From contig JAAOMT010000675.1 in assembly GCA_016748015.1 (NCBI GenBank), positions 372,001-436,000 of the forward strand: a stretch of DNA of 64,000 bases. The letters run 5' to 3'. The DNA is from Geosiphon pyriformis uo1 (lineage: Eukaryota > Fungi > Glomeromycota). Every line of letters starts with the position of its first letter. Positions within the stretch are counted from its first letter, which is position 1. A program made the position numbers and the translations under genes. Shown here piece by piece: positions 38,782 to 53,600 of the stretch. The notes under the pieces are model-generated. The model was given only the letters and a program-made list of their open reading frames with translations. It made no database searches and was not told the origin of the DNA.

Positions 38782-40342
38782 AAGAAAGTTGGCGAGCAAT
38801 TGGTTTATTAAATCATACATTCCCTATGAAGTCCATTCTGCTATTCATAAAAGAGGGGTTAGAAAAACAACGAATTTTACTGTGCTCCGTAAAAACAATA
38901 ATTCGGCTTTGAATCAAAACTTTGTAATTGATTCGGAAATGCGATGCTACTTTTAGAAGATTTTAATGGAAATCTTAAAAATCAAAAAGATTTGTAATAA
39001 ATGTGATTGAACATTTTCTTTCCATGCGGAGAATAAACATGTTTGACAAAAAGAAATTACCATTCAATTTATGTCCTCTTGCAAATTTCAAGGATATTTG
39101 CGATGTTTTCAACCAAGTTTCTCAAAAAAGAATTTATAAAATAAAATAAAACGTTTTGAATTCATTGCTTCTTTGAATGAGAATTACTTTTTAGAAAGTC
39201 ATTTTCAATTTGACATTATCAATTTTCCTAAAATAAAAATGTGCCAAGCTAAAAGCTTTGAATGATTTTTCCTTGACAATATTCTATCGTACCACTAAAA
39301 ACTGTGAGAAATTTAACCACCTTTTTAGCGAGTTTCATCAATTAGTCCGTTATTATTATTTTTTATAATAGTATTTTTCCAATGAGAAAAACAAGTTTCG
39401 TAAAATTCAATCGATACGGATCAAATCAAGGAACATAATGACAAATAATAAGAAATAAAAATCCTCAAAGACACAAGCACCTAATTTCCCGGATCCCATA
39501 CTCAAAAAACCACATGAATAAAAAGTTTTTTTTAGATTCTAAATAACAATAATAATAAAAACTTGATTGCCCATTTTGCCTCTTTGTCATGATACTAAAT
39601 TTAGAAGGATTATGAAAAGGCAAAAAACTTTATCTACTTTTACTATCGCAGGCTGCAGGCTAAAAGAATAGTGTGATTGGGCTTTTTAAAATTCATAAAG
39701 TTTTTGAAACTATTCCGATTTCGGAGATAGAACAAATAAAATAGTAATCAAAAGAAAAACAAAAGCATCTGCTGACGTTACTAAAAATATTTGGTAGTTT
39801 CAAATTCTCTTTGATGGTATTAACACATCCCAAGGATTTCATTTACTAAAATCTATAGCTTTTTAATTAAAAGCATTCATTGATTTGATAAATTCGGTTA
39901 CAAATGTGATACATTGACGGTTTTAAATAGAAAACCAAAAACGTTTTTCTATTCCGAATCCATATAATGTTTGACTGCATTTTTGGATTTTCCACAATGC
40001 GAGAGACATACGATCTCAAATGTCACAAGCTTCAATTAAGATTTTAAACATATAAATTCATGGTCGATTTTTTCGTCATTTTAACACCCTCCAACTCTCC
40101 TTGAATCTACATATTCTTTCAAATATAAATTAAGAAAAAATATCCTAACAGATTATCTCATTTTTTTTCTTCAATTCATTTTCTTTTGAAAACAAAAAAG
40201 AAAGTCTTGTAAAAGAGATATTATTAGTTAAATATTATTGTCTTTGCACGTATTCCTCCTCCCCCCCTCCCCCCGTTATTTCTTTAAGTAAATAGTTTCC
40301 TTTTCCAGTTTATTAAAAATCTAAAAAATATTTTAATTCACA

Positions 40343-42340
40343 ATGAGTTATAGAATTAGGTAATATTTCCGTGATTTTCGTGGTTAACTCGTTTCAATCC
40401 CTATTTAACATGTAAATTTTCATCATAATTCCTCTAAATTCTTTCATAGTAATCCAAATCAATATTTAGTGCGCACCGGGGCATTCATTGAGGATCTTAA
40501 ATTGAGCAAGAAAGGATGGGTACTTCCTGGCCAAAGGTTTTCATTCTTTGACATAACCCCCGCAAATTATACATTGAATCTCCAGGCAATGAGTGCCGAA
40601 AAGTTGGAGTTCAACTTACCTGCTGTATTCACAATCGGTCCAAAAGATGAACCTAGCTCTCTTACCCGATATGCGAGATTATTGGTATTTTTCATTTTTC
40701 AAGTGATTAGACTTTTCATTTCATTTAGGAATGCTGATTAATTTGATTTTAAAGTCATCAAAGGACAAGAAATCCGATCATGTACAAGATATTGTTCGTG
40801 GGATCATAGAGGTGAGTAACAAAATTTGGCAGTCAAAATTTCCATAAAAATTTGTCTTTTTCTTAAATGATACTCTTCGATCAAAAATAATAGGGCGAGA
40901 CCAGAGTTATTGCAGCCGGAATGACCATGGAAGAGATTTTCCAAGCAAGAAAGGGTTTCAAAGATCAAGGTGAGCTAATAAAAATTCTAAAGTACAATAT
41001 TTTTGTCCTCAACATGTTTTGAAGATAGAACTATCGATCTACAAGGGACCTAAAGTTTCAGTTTTCTTTATCTTTCAGTCATCAAAAATGTCCAGGCTGA
41101 ACTCGAACAATTTGGGCTTTTCATTTACAATGCCAATGTTAAACAGCTACAAGATACCCAAGGTTCTGAATATTTTGCATATATGGTATGTTCAAATGAA
41201 TTCGTTGTTGATTCCGGTTCATATTTAACCACAATCTCACTTTTTGTGATTAACAGCGAATGAAAACTCATGAAGGTGCTGTGAATCAAGCTAAAGTAGA
41301 TGTCGCCGAAGCTAAATACCGTGGTGACGTTGGTGCTAAAGAAAGAGAAGGTTTAACACGTCGTGAAAACGCGAAAATCGAAACAGAAACAGTTGTTCTC
41401 GAGAATGAACGTAAGGCGGACGTGGCAAAAGCTGAAATGAACTATGCCACTCAGAAATCTGAATTTGAACGTAAAACCAAAATTGCTGCCATCGAAGCGA
41501 GCCAAGCTGCTGTGATGCGTGAAGCTGAGCTTCAGAAAGAAGTTGAAGAGCGTCGTATGTTGTCAGAAACTGAGCGCCAACGTGTTACTCTCGTGGCAAA
41601 AGCTACAGCCGAGCTTGAAGCATCGAAAGCAAAGGCTGAGGCCCAGCTTTTTACTGCGCAGAAGGTTGCTGAAGCCGAATTATACCAAAAGACTAAAGAA
41701 AATGAAGCAATCAAGGTTAAAGCTGATGCCAAACTTGTTGATGCACAGAAAATCGCTGATGGCAATTTATACAAATCGAATAAAGAATATGAGGCTGCTC
41801 TTTCCGGATACGATACATGGAAAGTGGAAGCTGATGCAAAGCTATATAAAATACAAAAGGAAGCTGAGGCTAAATTGTTCAGTAAGCAGAAAGAGGCCGA
41901 AGGTCTTCTTGAGATTTATAATGCTCAAGCAAAAGGTTTAGAAAGCATAGTCAAAGCCTTTGGTGGCAATACAGCCGCTGCACTTCAGTATGTCATGATC
42001 GATCGCGGAATTTACACGGAGTTGGCTAGAGAAAATGCTTCAGCCATTCGAGGTTTGAGCCCAAAGATCACGGTTTGGAATACTGGAGCAGAAGGAAGTT
42101 CTTCGAACCCTATCGCCAATATATTTCAGGTAAATGATAAATCAATGAATCAATCAATTTGTTTTTTGATTCAACCATGAATGAAAAGCATTCAACTTCA
42201 ATTTTATTTTATTCAAGTCCTTGCCACCCTTACTTTCAACAATTCAAGACCAAACTGGCATCAACCCACCTAGCTGGCTAGCAGAAATGCCTCAGACCAA
42301 AGGAACTGCACCAAATCCCAAAACAGTCCTAAAATCTTAG
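40343..42340 (+). CDS. Flotillin-like (SPFH/band 7) protein, multi-exon
   Basis: [68 protein letters not shown]-rich coiled coil, [33 protein letters not shown]. Confidence 0.93.
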
Positions 42341-44446
42341 ATTTTAACAATAATTTAAATTTTCAACCGGAATAAATTTTTGTAAATTATATATATAAAT
42401 AAATAGTGTTTGGTAATTTATCGATAATATATTATTTGAACTTTGTATAAATATCTTTTTCTGTTTACAGACCTACAGTCATTCGCGTAAATTTAAAATG
42501 AAAAAAATTTTCGTTAAAAATATTTAAGTTTATGAAAAAAGTTTATTACTAATTTTTTTCGAATAAAAATTTTGCATCAAAGAAGTGAAAAGATAACTAC
42601 TAAATTTTTACAATCCTGAAATAATCGTACCTATTCAGGCTTACTTTTACCGTATCGATTTCCGTGTTTTTTTTTTATTGGAAAAATTATGTGTTTAGCC
42701 TTATTCAGATTTCAAAATGTTTGGTATAAAGAAAAACCCATACAGCTAAATAGAATTTGATTGGGTAGATGCAAACATTAAAATTACCACTCCATGGCTA
42801 TTTCGACTTTCCAAAATATTTCTCTTGGTGAAGGTAGATTGACAGCTAGAGGTATATCCACAAAGTTTATAATGTTGAAGTCTAGGTTTCTTCTTTGCTG
42901 AAAAGCCTTGTATCACTTAATATATGTGGAAAGCGAGAAATTGAAAGTGATGAATTTAAGCTTTATATGTAAGGGGCTTAAAGATCATCAAAAAAAGATC
43001 CATTTAAGGTGAATAAACTAAAAAGTTGAATACATAGTCGTCGATTTTCTCTCTGCAAACAATCATTGGGATGAAAATAATTGGTGGAAGGAATCAAAGT
43101 TGAAACTCAAGAAATCACTCGCAATAAAAAATTGGTTTCTTAACTGCGAGGTTCTCAATGTGAAAAGTTGTTTGGAAAGACGCGAAATGAGATAAAGTTC
43201 TGATGTTGCAAAGATCCCTTCCTTTAAATATGGGCAGCTAGTTGAAGAAACCTTTCTGGTGAAAGTCTTCCATCGAGCAAGTAGCGTTTAAATCGTCGAT
43301 GAGCTTTATCTTGAAGCACTCTTATCCTTCTTCCAATTGTTAATTCATAAAGTTCAGACGTGGTTTCTCCACATGATCGAAAGACAAGAAATTCTAAAGT
43401 TGCTGCAATTCTATATACTTTGCATTCTTGTTCTATACATAGATTTGTGTAAATAACGAATTTAAAAATATGAATTAATATTGGTTAAATCTTTTGTAAA
43501 AATGGAATTTGATTCAATTTTAAATGAAAACAAACCAAAGTCAATTTCTTTTTCTTTTTCAGTTGTGTTATCACTCTTTAATAAAACGTTCCTTAAGTAT
43601 TCGATGACTAAAAATTTTGAATTATTAATATGCTGTATTTTTACGACGAACAAAACAATTAAAAAAGCTTTTTTCTTTTTAAGAGAAATAATTACTTCTT
43701 CCTCGAACGTTATCACAAGTGTTGTCTGTATTACACATTTTATTTCTTTTTTTAATAATATTTGTTTTTCGGTGAAATAAGAAAATTGCAGCGGCAACTT
43801 AAGTCAAATTTGAAAAAAGAAAAAAAGAAAAAAAGCTTTTCATAAATTTATTTAAATGATATATTCACAGATCTATTTTCATAATGTAAATCAGGACCCT
43901 TTTCTGATAGAAATTGATTATAACTTTATCCCTTTTTTTATGCTTGTACAGGTCTCACATTTTCAAAACAAATACGCCATCGAGCCGGGAATATGCACCA
44001 ACCGTATGCAAGATCAAGCATGAAAAATTTTGCGCTAAAAAAAATTTTTCTTCTCATATCTATAAAAAGCGAAATAATGAAAGAATAGCCCATTAAAATC
44101 ACATGATCGATCTCAACGAATTGCAATTTTGAGCTACCCTAATTAATCAAAGAAAAAAAATTTTCATACTTGAAGGAAAAAAAAAGTTAGTAGAACAAAA
44201 TGGGTTGAAATTGAAAATTTTTGAGGTATCTACTAAGTCCGCATTTTCATTAAATAGAAAAAAGTGGATAAAGGGAATAGTTTAAATATCTAGTGGCTCA
44301 AATAACTCTAAGTTTCAGATAATATTAATATGCTGCATAGTATGCTAATCTTATTATTGGCTATTAACTAACTTAAATTCATGTAAAAATATATGTATAT
44401 ATCTTTGATATAATTTTATAATCTTTTAATATTTTAAAAATCTGTT

Positions 44447-45460
44447 TGTAATGTTTATTCTATTATGTTATCTATTCATTAATCCAAAATCAATTATTGT
44501 TTATTAAAAGTTCTAATTGTTATTAATATAATAAATGATAATGAAAACAAAAACTTTGTTATTCGAATATGTCCAAAAATCTGATATAAAAAAAATTTTG
44601 GAATTGATAGTATTTAAATATGCTGTTACAGATAATTATTTGGAGTATGAAAACAAATAACAAACTCATAACTTAGTGCTTAATAGCTGGTTATGTTGGT
44701 AATATTTGAAGATTTTTGTATCTAAAAGTTTTAGATTGGAGTTCTTTGTATAATAAACAGAGATTCAATGGTTGTTTCAGTAGTCTTTCAAAATAATTAT
44801 TCCGTCAAATTTCTTTTTTCAGCATGATGGCCAGTTTATTTTAGCAGTTATGCTCTTTTGATAAGCTATCCTTAGATTTTTACACTCTATACTCTTATTT
44901 CTGAATCTTTTATCAGACTATTCTTGATGTTAATTACTCAGTGCTTAATTTTTTTAATCAATTAATAAATTAACAAACAACAAAAAAAATAAAAAAAAAT
45001 AAAATAAATAAAGAAAATAAGAATTAGTATTTTATTAATAGCCATAATTAAGAGCTATTGTTCTAGTGTGGTTAAGTATTAGATATTATCAACATAAAGT
45101 GTTGATAACAAATAAATGGTAAAGATTTTTAATCAAACAACAATAATATAGATTGAATAATAATAAGTATGTTTATTGAATATTTTGGTGAATTCATTTC
45201 AGTTGATATTAACTATTTGTAAAGTGAAGATTAATAGATAAAAAAGAGAATGTTAAATTAAAACTGAACTGAATACTTTTTTTGCTTCTAATACTATTGT
45301 TATATATACATAGTTGGTATTATATAAGATTTCTGAAATTCCAAAATTCTTTCAGAAGAATTTTGGAATTTTACAATTCTAAGTAAAGAATTCTGGTATT
45401 TTGAGATTCTTGAATTCTGCAATTTTTTCAAAAAAATTCTGGAATTTCTTTGTTATTACA
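44447..45460 (-). repeat. Putative 3' LTR of element A
   Basis: Inverted termini TGTAAT...ATTACA. Preceded on the minus strand by the purine tract AAAAGTAGG. The partner LTR is not in the window. Confidence 0.65.
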
Positions 45461-46675
45461 CCTACTTTTAATTGGCTATTTTTCTAACTATAATATTTCT
45501 AATTTCTATAAGTAATATTATTTTCTCCTTTTTAATATTGAGCTTTGTTAAAATCTTCTAAACTTTTTAGATTTTTTTGGATTAACTTCATAACTTTCTT
45601 CTCCAGAATTGCTTTTATAATTTTTGTTTGCAATTTTTCAAATTGAGCATTGGTTAATTTTTTCAACTGATTAATGATTACAGTATCTATTGTTAAGTGT
45701 AATAATATTTCTGGTCTGTCTTGAAATTCCATCTATAGTCAGTAAATGGCTTTTGCATATGTAAATAAATTGTTTTTTTTGACAAGTTTTTCAATTTGTT
45801 TTAGTCAAATTGGATTAAATTTCCTTCTTGTTTTGTCAGTGTATAAGTTTTTAATGCTCAACTATTATCCCAATTAATAGTAACAAAAGTTTTTTGGATT
45901 TTGTTGTATCTATTGGTTCCAATTTTTTAAGATCAATTCTTTTTTTGGTATTGATATTCTTGGATTTTTTAATGTTTTTTCTATTTTTTTTATTATTTTA
46001 TTTACAGTATTCTTAGAAATATAGTATCTAGAATATCATTCTTTGATTTGGTTTTTTTATGGTATTTTTTTGTTTTTGTATTGTATTATGTATTTATTGA
46101 TGGTAATTTCTAAGCTTGATTTCTGTTGTTGAATCAGTTGTAATAGTTGTTGTGTAAGTAAGTAAATGTTGTTAGTGATTTCTATCTTTTTTTGTTATTT
46201 TTGTTGTGTATTTAGGTTCCTTATATACTGTTTTGGTAGCTTAATTTGACATGTTTGCTTTAATAATAATAATTGGTTTTAGATCTTGTGAAATCTTATC
46301 TGGTTTGACTAATATTCTTTATACTTTTAGTTGTGAAATATTATTGATAAATGATAATATTATATTGTAATATGGTTTCAGTTAATCTCCATATGCTGCT
46401 TTAGCTAAGATTTTATTGTTTCATCTTAGTTTATAAGTTCTATTTTCTAGAATTTTTTTAATGTAAAATAGTCTATTCTATTTGGAGTCAAATTTTCCAC
46501 TCTATTGTTTTTCTACTTTGGTATGATGTAAAAATACTTTGTTTTTAATTTTAAATTCAACTGGTTTATCTAGTAATTGGTTATTATGTTATTTTTTTTG
46601 TTTTTTTTGTGATCTTTGAATGTTATCAGCTGCTTTTTATCCTTTGTTTTTCAATATTTCTATTAATTTGTATAT

Positions 46676-47629
46676 TGTTACTAGAGATTTTTGGTCTTTT
46701 TTCTTAAATGCTGTTAGTGTCTGTTTGTTGTAAATTCACGTTTTTTGAAAGCTAGTCAACCTCTAATAACTGAATTTATTTTCAAATTATCTCTTATAAT
46801 TTGAACTGCTGGACTTATAAGTAGAATAACCAATTTCATGCCAGTTATTTTATATAGTTATGTTGTAGTAAACATTAACTCTTTCCTAAGAATTGTTTAT
46901 CTGAAAACTCACCAAAAATGTGTAGTTACTTTGCTGTAAAAGTCAACTTTTCTACAGAAATCTTGTCTGTAGGCTACCTTAATAATTACACTAAAAAAAG
47001 TAAAAAAAATAAAAGAAATATAAAAGAAATAAATTGTTGTCAAGAGAAACGTTTTCTGTTCAGGCCTAAAGTTACTAATAGATTATTGAAATTGATATCT
47101 AATCAACTTTAAAAATGTTAGTTAGGTTTTTGTGAATTTTAAGTATAATAATAAAAGATTTGTTTTTAAAATATTTAATTTTTATTTGATTTTGTGAAGA
47201 TATGTAAGAGATGATTTGTTCTAATTAAGATATCTAAAGTAAAATATATTTTCTTGAAAAAAGAAGCTTTTTTTTTATACAACTTGTTATAGTACTAGTT
47301 TTTGAACTTGTACTTTTCTTTTTGCTATAATTTTGGCAAACTAAAGATACATTTTGGCAAATTACAAGTTATTTCTAAAAATTATTGATTATTTCGGCCA
47401 ATTTTTGCTAATTTTGGCGAATTTTTGAATATTAAATGGTTCAAGATATTGTGTAATTTAATTATCTTAATTTTTATAGTACAAATCAGGTTATTAATTG
47501 AATAATAATATTTGATAATTTGATTAAATAATAAGTAATAATTGAAATAATAATAATATGTACTAATTGATAATAAGAATTATAAGAGTAATTTTATGCT
47601 AATTAATAGTTAAAATTCTACTAATAACA
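46676..47629 (-). repeat. 3' LTR of element B
   Basis: TGTTA...TAACA termini. Direct repeat of 55544-56494. Degenerate PPT adjacent at 47630-47643. Confidence 0.92.
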
Positions 47630-50600
47630 TAATTTTCTCCTTAAGACTGAGCTCTGTCGAAGTCCAAGCACTATTTGTAATGTTAAGATAATGATCCAAA
47701 ATAATTAAAATGATTTGATTTGAAAATTGTTAAAATTTCAGTTCTGTAAGCTTTTCAATATACTGAATTTTTATTGGATGAAGTATTGAATTTTGTAGAA
47801 CGTTTTTGCAAATATTGAATAAATTGTAGAATCTAAAAGCTGTTTTAAGTTTGTAGCAAGTGTTTGTTGGTCTGGCTGCTGTCTTGAATTCATTATGAAT
47901 TTGTTTTTGTATAGCTTTAGGAGTGAAATTTGTTGCTTCAAGTTCTAGTTTTTGTTTATAAAGTGTTTTTCTAATATTAAAATATCTATAGATAAGAGTA
48001 TATTTATTGTTCTGTTTATTGAGAAATAGTAGAAGTTTTTGTTAGATTGTGGCATTTGGTAAAATGTCAATAAAAGCAATTAAAAAATTTTCTTTTAAAG
48101 CTTGCTTTAAAAGTTCTGATAAATAATTTCAAGAATAATTTCTTGTTTTTTTTCTATAAGAGTGATAATTCTGAGAATTATTTACTACTGGTGTTGTAGT
48201 TTTTTTTGGGTGTAATTAATTTGACTTTTATTAATCGTTATGGATAAGTCAGAAAGTGTTTTTAAAGCTAACATTAATTTTTGAGATAATTGTTGAATAT
48301 TTCGAAAAATAATCATGGTAAAATAATTAATGATAAAATTTGAAAAAAAATAAAGAGATTATTTTTGGGCATAGGATTTTTATGTGTTTTTGGGTTTAGG
48401 TATTTCTTGTAATTATTTACTTTTGTTTGTTTATTATCAAAAAAATTTATAGGGAGTACTATTAAATTAAGTATTTAAGTTTGGTTGTTGTTCTACTATA
48501 ATTATTGGTTCTAAATTTTGAAGAATATTTTCAGGATTAATTAAAGGAGAATATGTACCAATTTGTGAAATTAATGGTTCAGAATTTGTTTTAAAATAAT
48601 AGTGTTTTAATTGATCTCCATATGCAATTTTTGCTAGAACTTTGCCATCAAGTCTTTACTTATATGATCTATTGCCTAAAATTTTGTAAATATAAAATGA
48701 TTTATTCTATTTATGTTCAAATTTTTCACTCTATTGTTTTTCAGCTTTAGTTTTGTGTAAGAGAACTTTATTTCTAACTTTAAATTTATTGGTGGCTGGT
48801 GACAGTTTGTTGTCATGTTGTTTTTTCTGTTAAGCTTATAAGTGTTCAATATAAGTTGCTATTATTTATTGTTCTCCTTCCAAAGTACTAAGCAAGATAT
48901 AAGCTCTTTATTGAAATGTCTTTTGAAAGTTTTCTTTAGTAATAAGTTGCACTGAATATGTTTCTACTATAAAATTAATTGGTAATATTGCTATTTTTTC
49001 ATAGATAAGATTAAATAGTGTGTGTTTCATAGTATTTTGTTTTAATGTTTTGTATGCTAATAACACTAATAGAATAAAAATATCTTATTTTTGTTCAAAA
49101 TCAGTTGAGATTTTGGCTAATGATTCACATAATGTTTTATTGAAATGTTCTACAAGTCTATTTGTTTGTGAGTAATAGAGTAATGATAGAAGTCTTTTAA
49201 TATTGAATTGTTCACAAATTTTTTGTATTAGATTGTTTATAAAATGTGTTTTTTGGTCTAATAAAAGTTCAATTGAGCATTTATGTCTACAAATAATGTC
49301 TCCATAGATGAAATTTGCTACTAATTTTGCATCTGCTCTTTGGATGACTCTAGGTTTAAGTTATTTGATAAAATAGTTTATTGTAACCACAATGTAACAG
49401 TTTTTTTAAGTGGTAATAAGTAGTGATTCAACTAAATTAATTCCTACTCTGTCAAAAAATTGTCCAACTTTGATTGAATTTAAAAGTTTAGTAGGTCAAA
49501 TTTTTTCTTTTTTTTGACAACTATTACATAATTCTACATACTGTTAAATGTTTTTTTGTATCTAAAGCCAAAAATAATATTCAAGTGTTCTTTGTATTGT
49601 GCTATTTTTTTCTAGATTTTTTGATAAAAAATTTGTGTATATGTTGTATAAGATTGTTTCTTTTTTATTTTGTTGGATTAATCTGAATAAATTGAATAAA
49701 TTTCTGTAATTTTGATAATAAATTTTGTTATAATGAATAAAATATTGTTTTGCTTGGTGTTGTAATTAGTGTTTTTTACTTGAAGACCAATTTTTTGACA
49801 TAGTAAGAGTTTTCAAATAGTTTTTGATATTGTTGTGGTTTTTAGGATCTATTGTTTTTTTGTTGATTGTTATTAAGTTAGTGGTTTGTTGGTATGAATT
49901 CTAATTTTGTCTTATTTTGGAAAGGCTATGTTGGTATGTAATTTGCCTGGTTTGTGGTATACAATATATTTGTAATCTGCTAAAAAATTATTCTATTGAG
50001 ATTGTTTGGTACTTTGTTTAGATTTCTTTTTATTGAGCTATTTGAAACCAATATTGTTAATTATGATGTTAAATTTTTTTCTATTTTTTAAGTATTGTTG
50101 AAAATGTTTAACAGCCTAAATGACTGCAGCAGCTTCTAATTCTGTTAATTCATATTTGAGTTCTGTTCATTTGAGTGTTTTACTAACATAGATGATTACT
50201 TATTTATTGCTATTATTATTTAATTATAATAAAATAGCACTAAAAACTATGTGTGAAGCATTAGTGACTAATTGAAATCATTTATTAAAGTCTAGATAAG
50301 CAAGAATTGGTGTTGTTGTAAGTTTTTCTTTGAGAATATCAAATGCAGTTTGTTGTGCTGAAGTTTATTGATATTTAAAATTTTTGTTAATAAGATAATT
50401 GAAAAATTTGGCAATTTCTGAAAATCCTTTGATAAATTTTCAGTAGTAAGAAGCTAGGCCAACAAATCTTCTTAGTTCTGTGATATTTTAAGAAATCTTA
50501 TAATTTTTTACAGTACTGATTGTTTCTGAATTGGGTAATACTCCATTTTTACTAACAATATGACCAAAAAAGATCAAATTTGTTTTTCCAAAGTGACATT

Positions 50601-53600
50601 TTTCATTGTTTAATTTCAATCCTGCTTTCCATAATTATTGAAAAACTTCTTATGGGTGAATCAAATAAGCTTCAAAGCTTAAAGAATACACATCAGTGTT
50701 ATCAAAATAAACAACTACTAATTGTCATAAAAATTCTTTATAAACAACATCTATAAGTCGCTAAAATATTACTGGTGCATTACAAAGTTCAAATAGCATA
50801 ATGTTAAATTCATAGTTTTTTTTTTAAGTTGTAAATGCTGTTTTGGAGCGATTTTTAGGGTCTATTTCAACTTGCTGGTATTCACTTTCCAAGTCTAATG
50901 TTGAGAAAAACTTGACTTTTCCTAAAGTATTTAGCATGTCATTAATTTTGAAAAATGGATATGCATCTTTAATTATAATGCTATTTAATTGTTAATAATC
51001 AACACAAAATCTGATTTTTCTATTTTTTTTTAACAAAAACTATTGGTAAAGTCCATGGGCTTCTTGATAGTTGAATAAAACTATTGTTGAGCATTTATTG
51101 TACTTCTTTTCTAATGAATTGATAACTGGCAGATGGAATTTAATAAGCTTGTTAATGTTTTGGTAAAACATCTCCTATGTAAATTTGGTGTTGAACAATA
51201 TTTGTTTTTTCTAGATTATTGTTGTCTTTTGTAAATATATTAGCAAATTCAGCTATTAACTGTTTTAATTGTCTTTGTTGTTAAAGTTTTAAGAAATTTA
51301 TGTTGATTTAAGAGAGTTTTTCTTCTAAAAAGTGGTAGTTTTTAGTAGTAGAGGTGACATTTAAATTTGTAAGTATGGTATGTTTTATAATTTCGATAAA
51401 ATTAGAAACAATTTGAAGATTTTTATCTTAAAAGATATTGCTATGTATAATTTTAATTTTTAATTTATTTAATAAAACAATGGGGTGCTTGTTAGAATTG
51501 TAGAAGATAACTCAAAATTTCTTCATTTTTTTGGAAATATAAATGTTTGGTAAACAGATTTGTTTATTAGATTCAAAGATTTGTTAAATAGTAATAGGTT
51601 TTGAGCAAGTGTAGATTTCATAATGTTTTCCAAAAAGTAATATAATAATTGGTTAAGAAAATTGAAGAATCTGGTAAGATTCATTCTGTATATTAAGAGC
51701 TATATTTACTGGAACTGTAAATCATTCAGTTGAACCAAAATTTTGTATTTTTTTTTCACTTTTGCTTAATTTTTTTCTGTTACTAACTAATTATAACTCT
51801 AAAATGTTAATTAAGAGTAGATAAATTGCTTGAGCAATTTTTTCAGCATGTTTTATTCTGAATAGTTTTTCAGTTTCATTTTATAGCATAATAGTAATGT
51901 TTCTAGTGTATTTTGTATTTATAATTTTTCCTCTAACATTGATTTTTTTGCTTGTCAATAATAATCAAGACGCAATTTGAACTATTGCTCTTGGTAATAT
52001 TTTAAAAGCAATTTTTAGATTGATTTTGGTAAGAGATTTTGGTTGAAAGACCAAAGTATCTTTGCCAAGATATTATAGGTCATATCTTTTATCAATTTTA
52101 TGAGCTTTTTTAGGCTTAATTTCTTGACCATTATTGTCAAAATATTTAAGTTGTAGAGCTGATTGATTCTTAGTAAAATAGATTAGAGTTGTTGCAATTT
52201 TTTCTTCTTTTGGCTTAGATTTTTCAAACTCAATTTTTTTCTGGTCATTTTTACTGGACAAAAAAGTACTAAAAACATAACATTCTGAACATTATTTGTC
52301 ATTATAAAGCATAATGCATTTTTTACATAATTAAATATTCATTTGTTTTAATTGTTGAATTTAAACTTCTTAGATTAGATAAGTGTGACTTATAATTTGG
52401 TAATATGTTTCTATTTCATTTTTATAGTTAAATCTAGCTAATTCTATAGTGTATTTAATATATTTAGTTTCTTTTATTTGGTAGATATCTTTCTATGTGG
52501 CTCTATTAATTAAAGTCATTATTAAGTCAAAAATTATTTCAGTATTGTAAAGGTAATAGTAGAGTTTGTTAAGAATACTGTTGTATGCTGCATCAAAAAG
52601 TGTTTTTTTTCTGATTTTATTAAGATTAATAGGACATATTGGCAGATTTAATCATATATTTTTCCTCTTATTACAATATCAATCCAGTTGCATTCTTTTG
52701 GTAACATATTTCTATATGTAAAACAAAGAGTGTTATTCTATTTTCTATTTTGTTTGGAGTATCTAAATTGTTTTCTATAGCATGTTTTATAAAATTAACA
52801 GATGTGTGTTTCATATTTCTCTTCTGGGAAAATACAAGCTTCTATTAAAGAAAACTTTTTTTGCAATTCTTGTATTTAAAAGAAATATAAGATAGTTGTT
52901 TCTGAGGTTCTAGTATAGAGTATCAAACTTTATTCCATTTACTGGTTTCTTCAAAAATCTTTTGTTCTGTTTTTTTTGCCCAATTAAATGTTAATTTAAG
53001 AGCCATATATGTTTTAATAATTGGCATTTTTTTTTCTTCTTTAAATTTAAATACTGGGGCTTTTTCAAATTGTTTATTAAAAGTACTATAGGTGACAGAT
53101 ACTCTGGTGTATTGTTCTTAATATGAAATTTTTAGTTCTTGGGTTTTTCAATCTAGATTTGTATTGGTCTTAAGAAGCCAATTGTTTCTGATAAGAGTTT
53201 AGTATTAAAATGCATCTATGATTAAAACTTTGACTAGAATAGTAATTCTATTAATAATAAATAGAAAATTGTTAATTTTTCCTACTGAAATTTTCTTTAT
53301 GCCATTTGTTGTAACAATTATAGTTTGAGCTGGTTTGTCAATATTTTTTTCAAGCTGTTACATTAATTGGTAAGTAATAATACTTTTAGCAGATCTACTG
53401 TCTAAAATTAAACAGATTTGTTTTTTTTCTACTTTAGCTTTAGTATACATAGCTATGATTGCTTTTTGTTCATTAACTGCTGTATTGCTAAGTAGAAATA
53501 GTGATATATTAGCTTCAAATTCGAATAGAAATATATTTAAAAGGTTGGTATTTTGGGCAATTGGAGCTGGTGGAATGGTATTACTGGAAGGATTTGATCT

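Noticed and set aside
42700-43800. Moderately GC-rich, gene-like stretch after flotillin
   Set aside because: Stops in the frames examined and no motif recognised. Possibly an old pseudogene.
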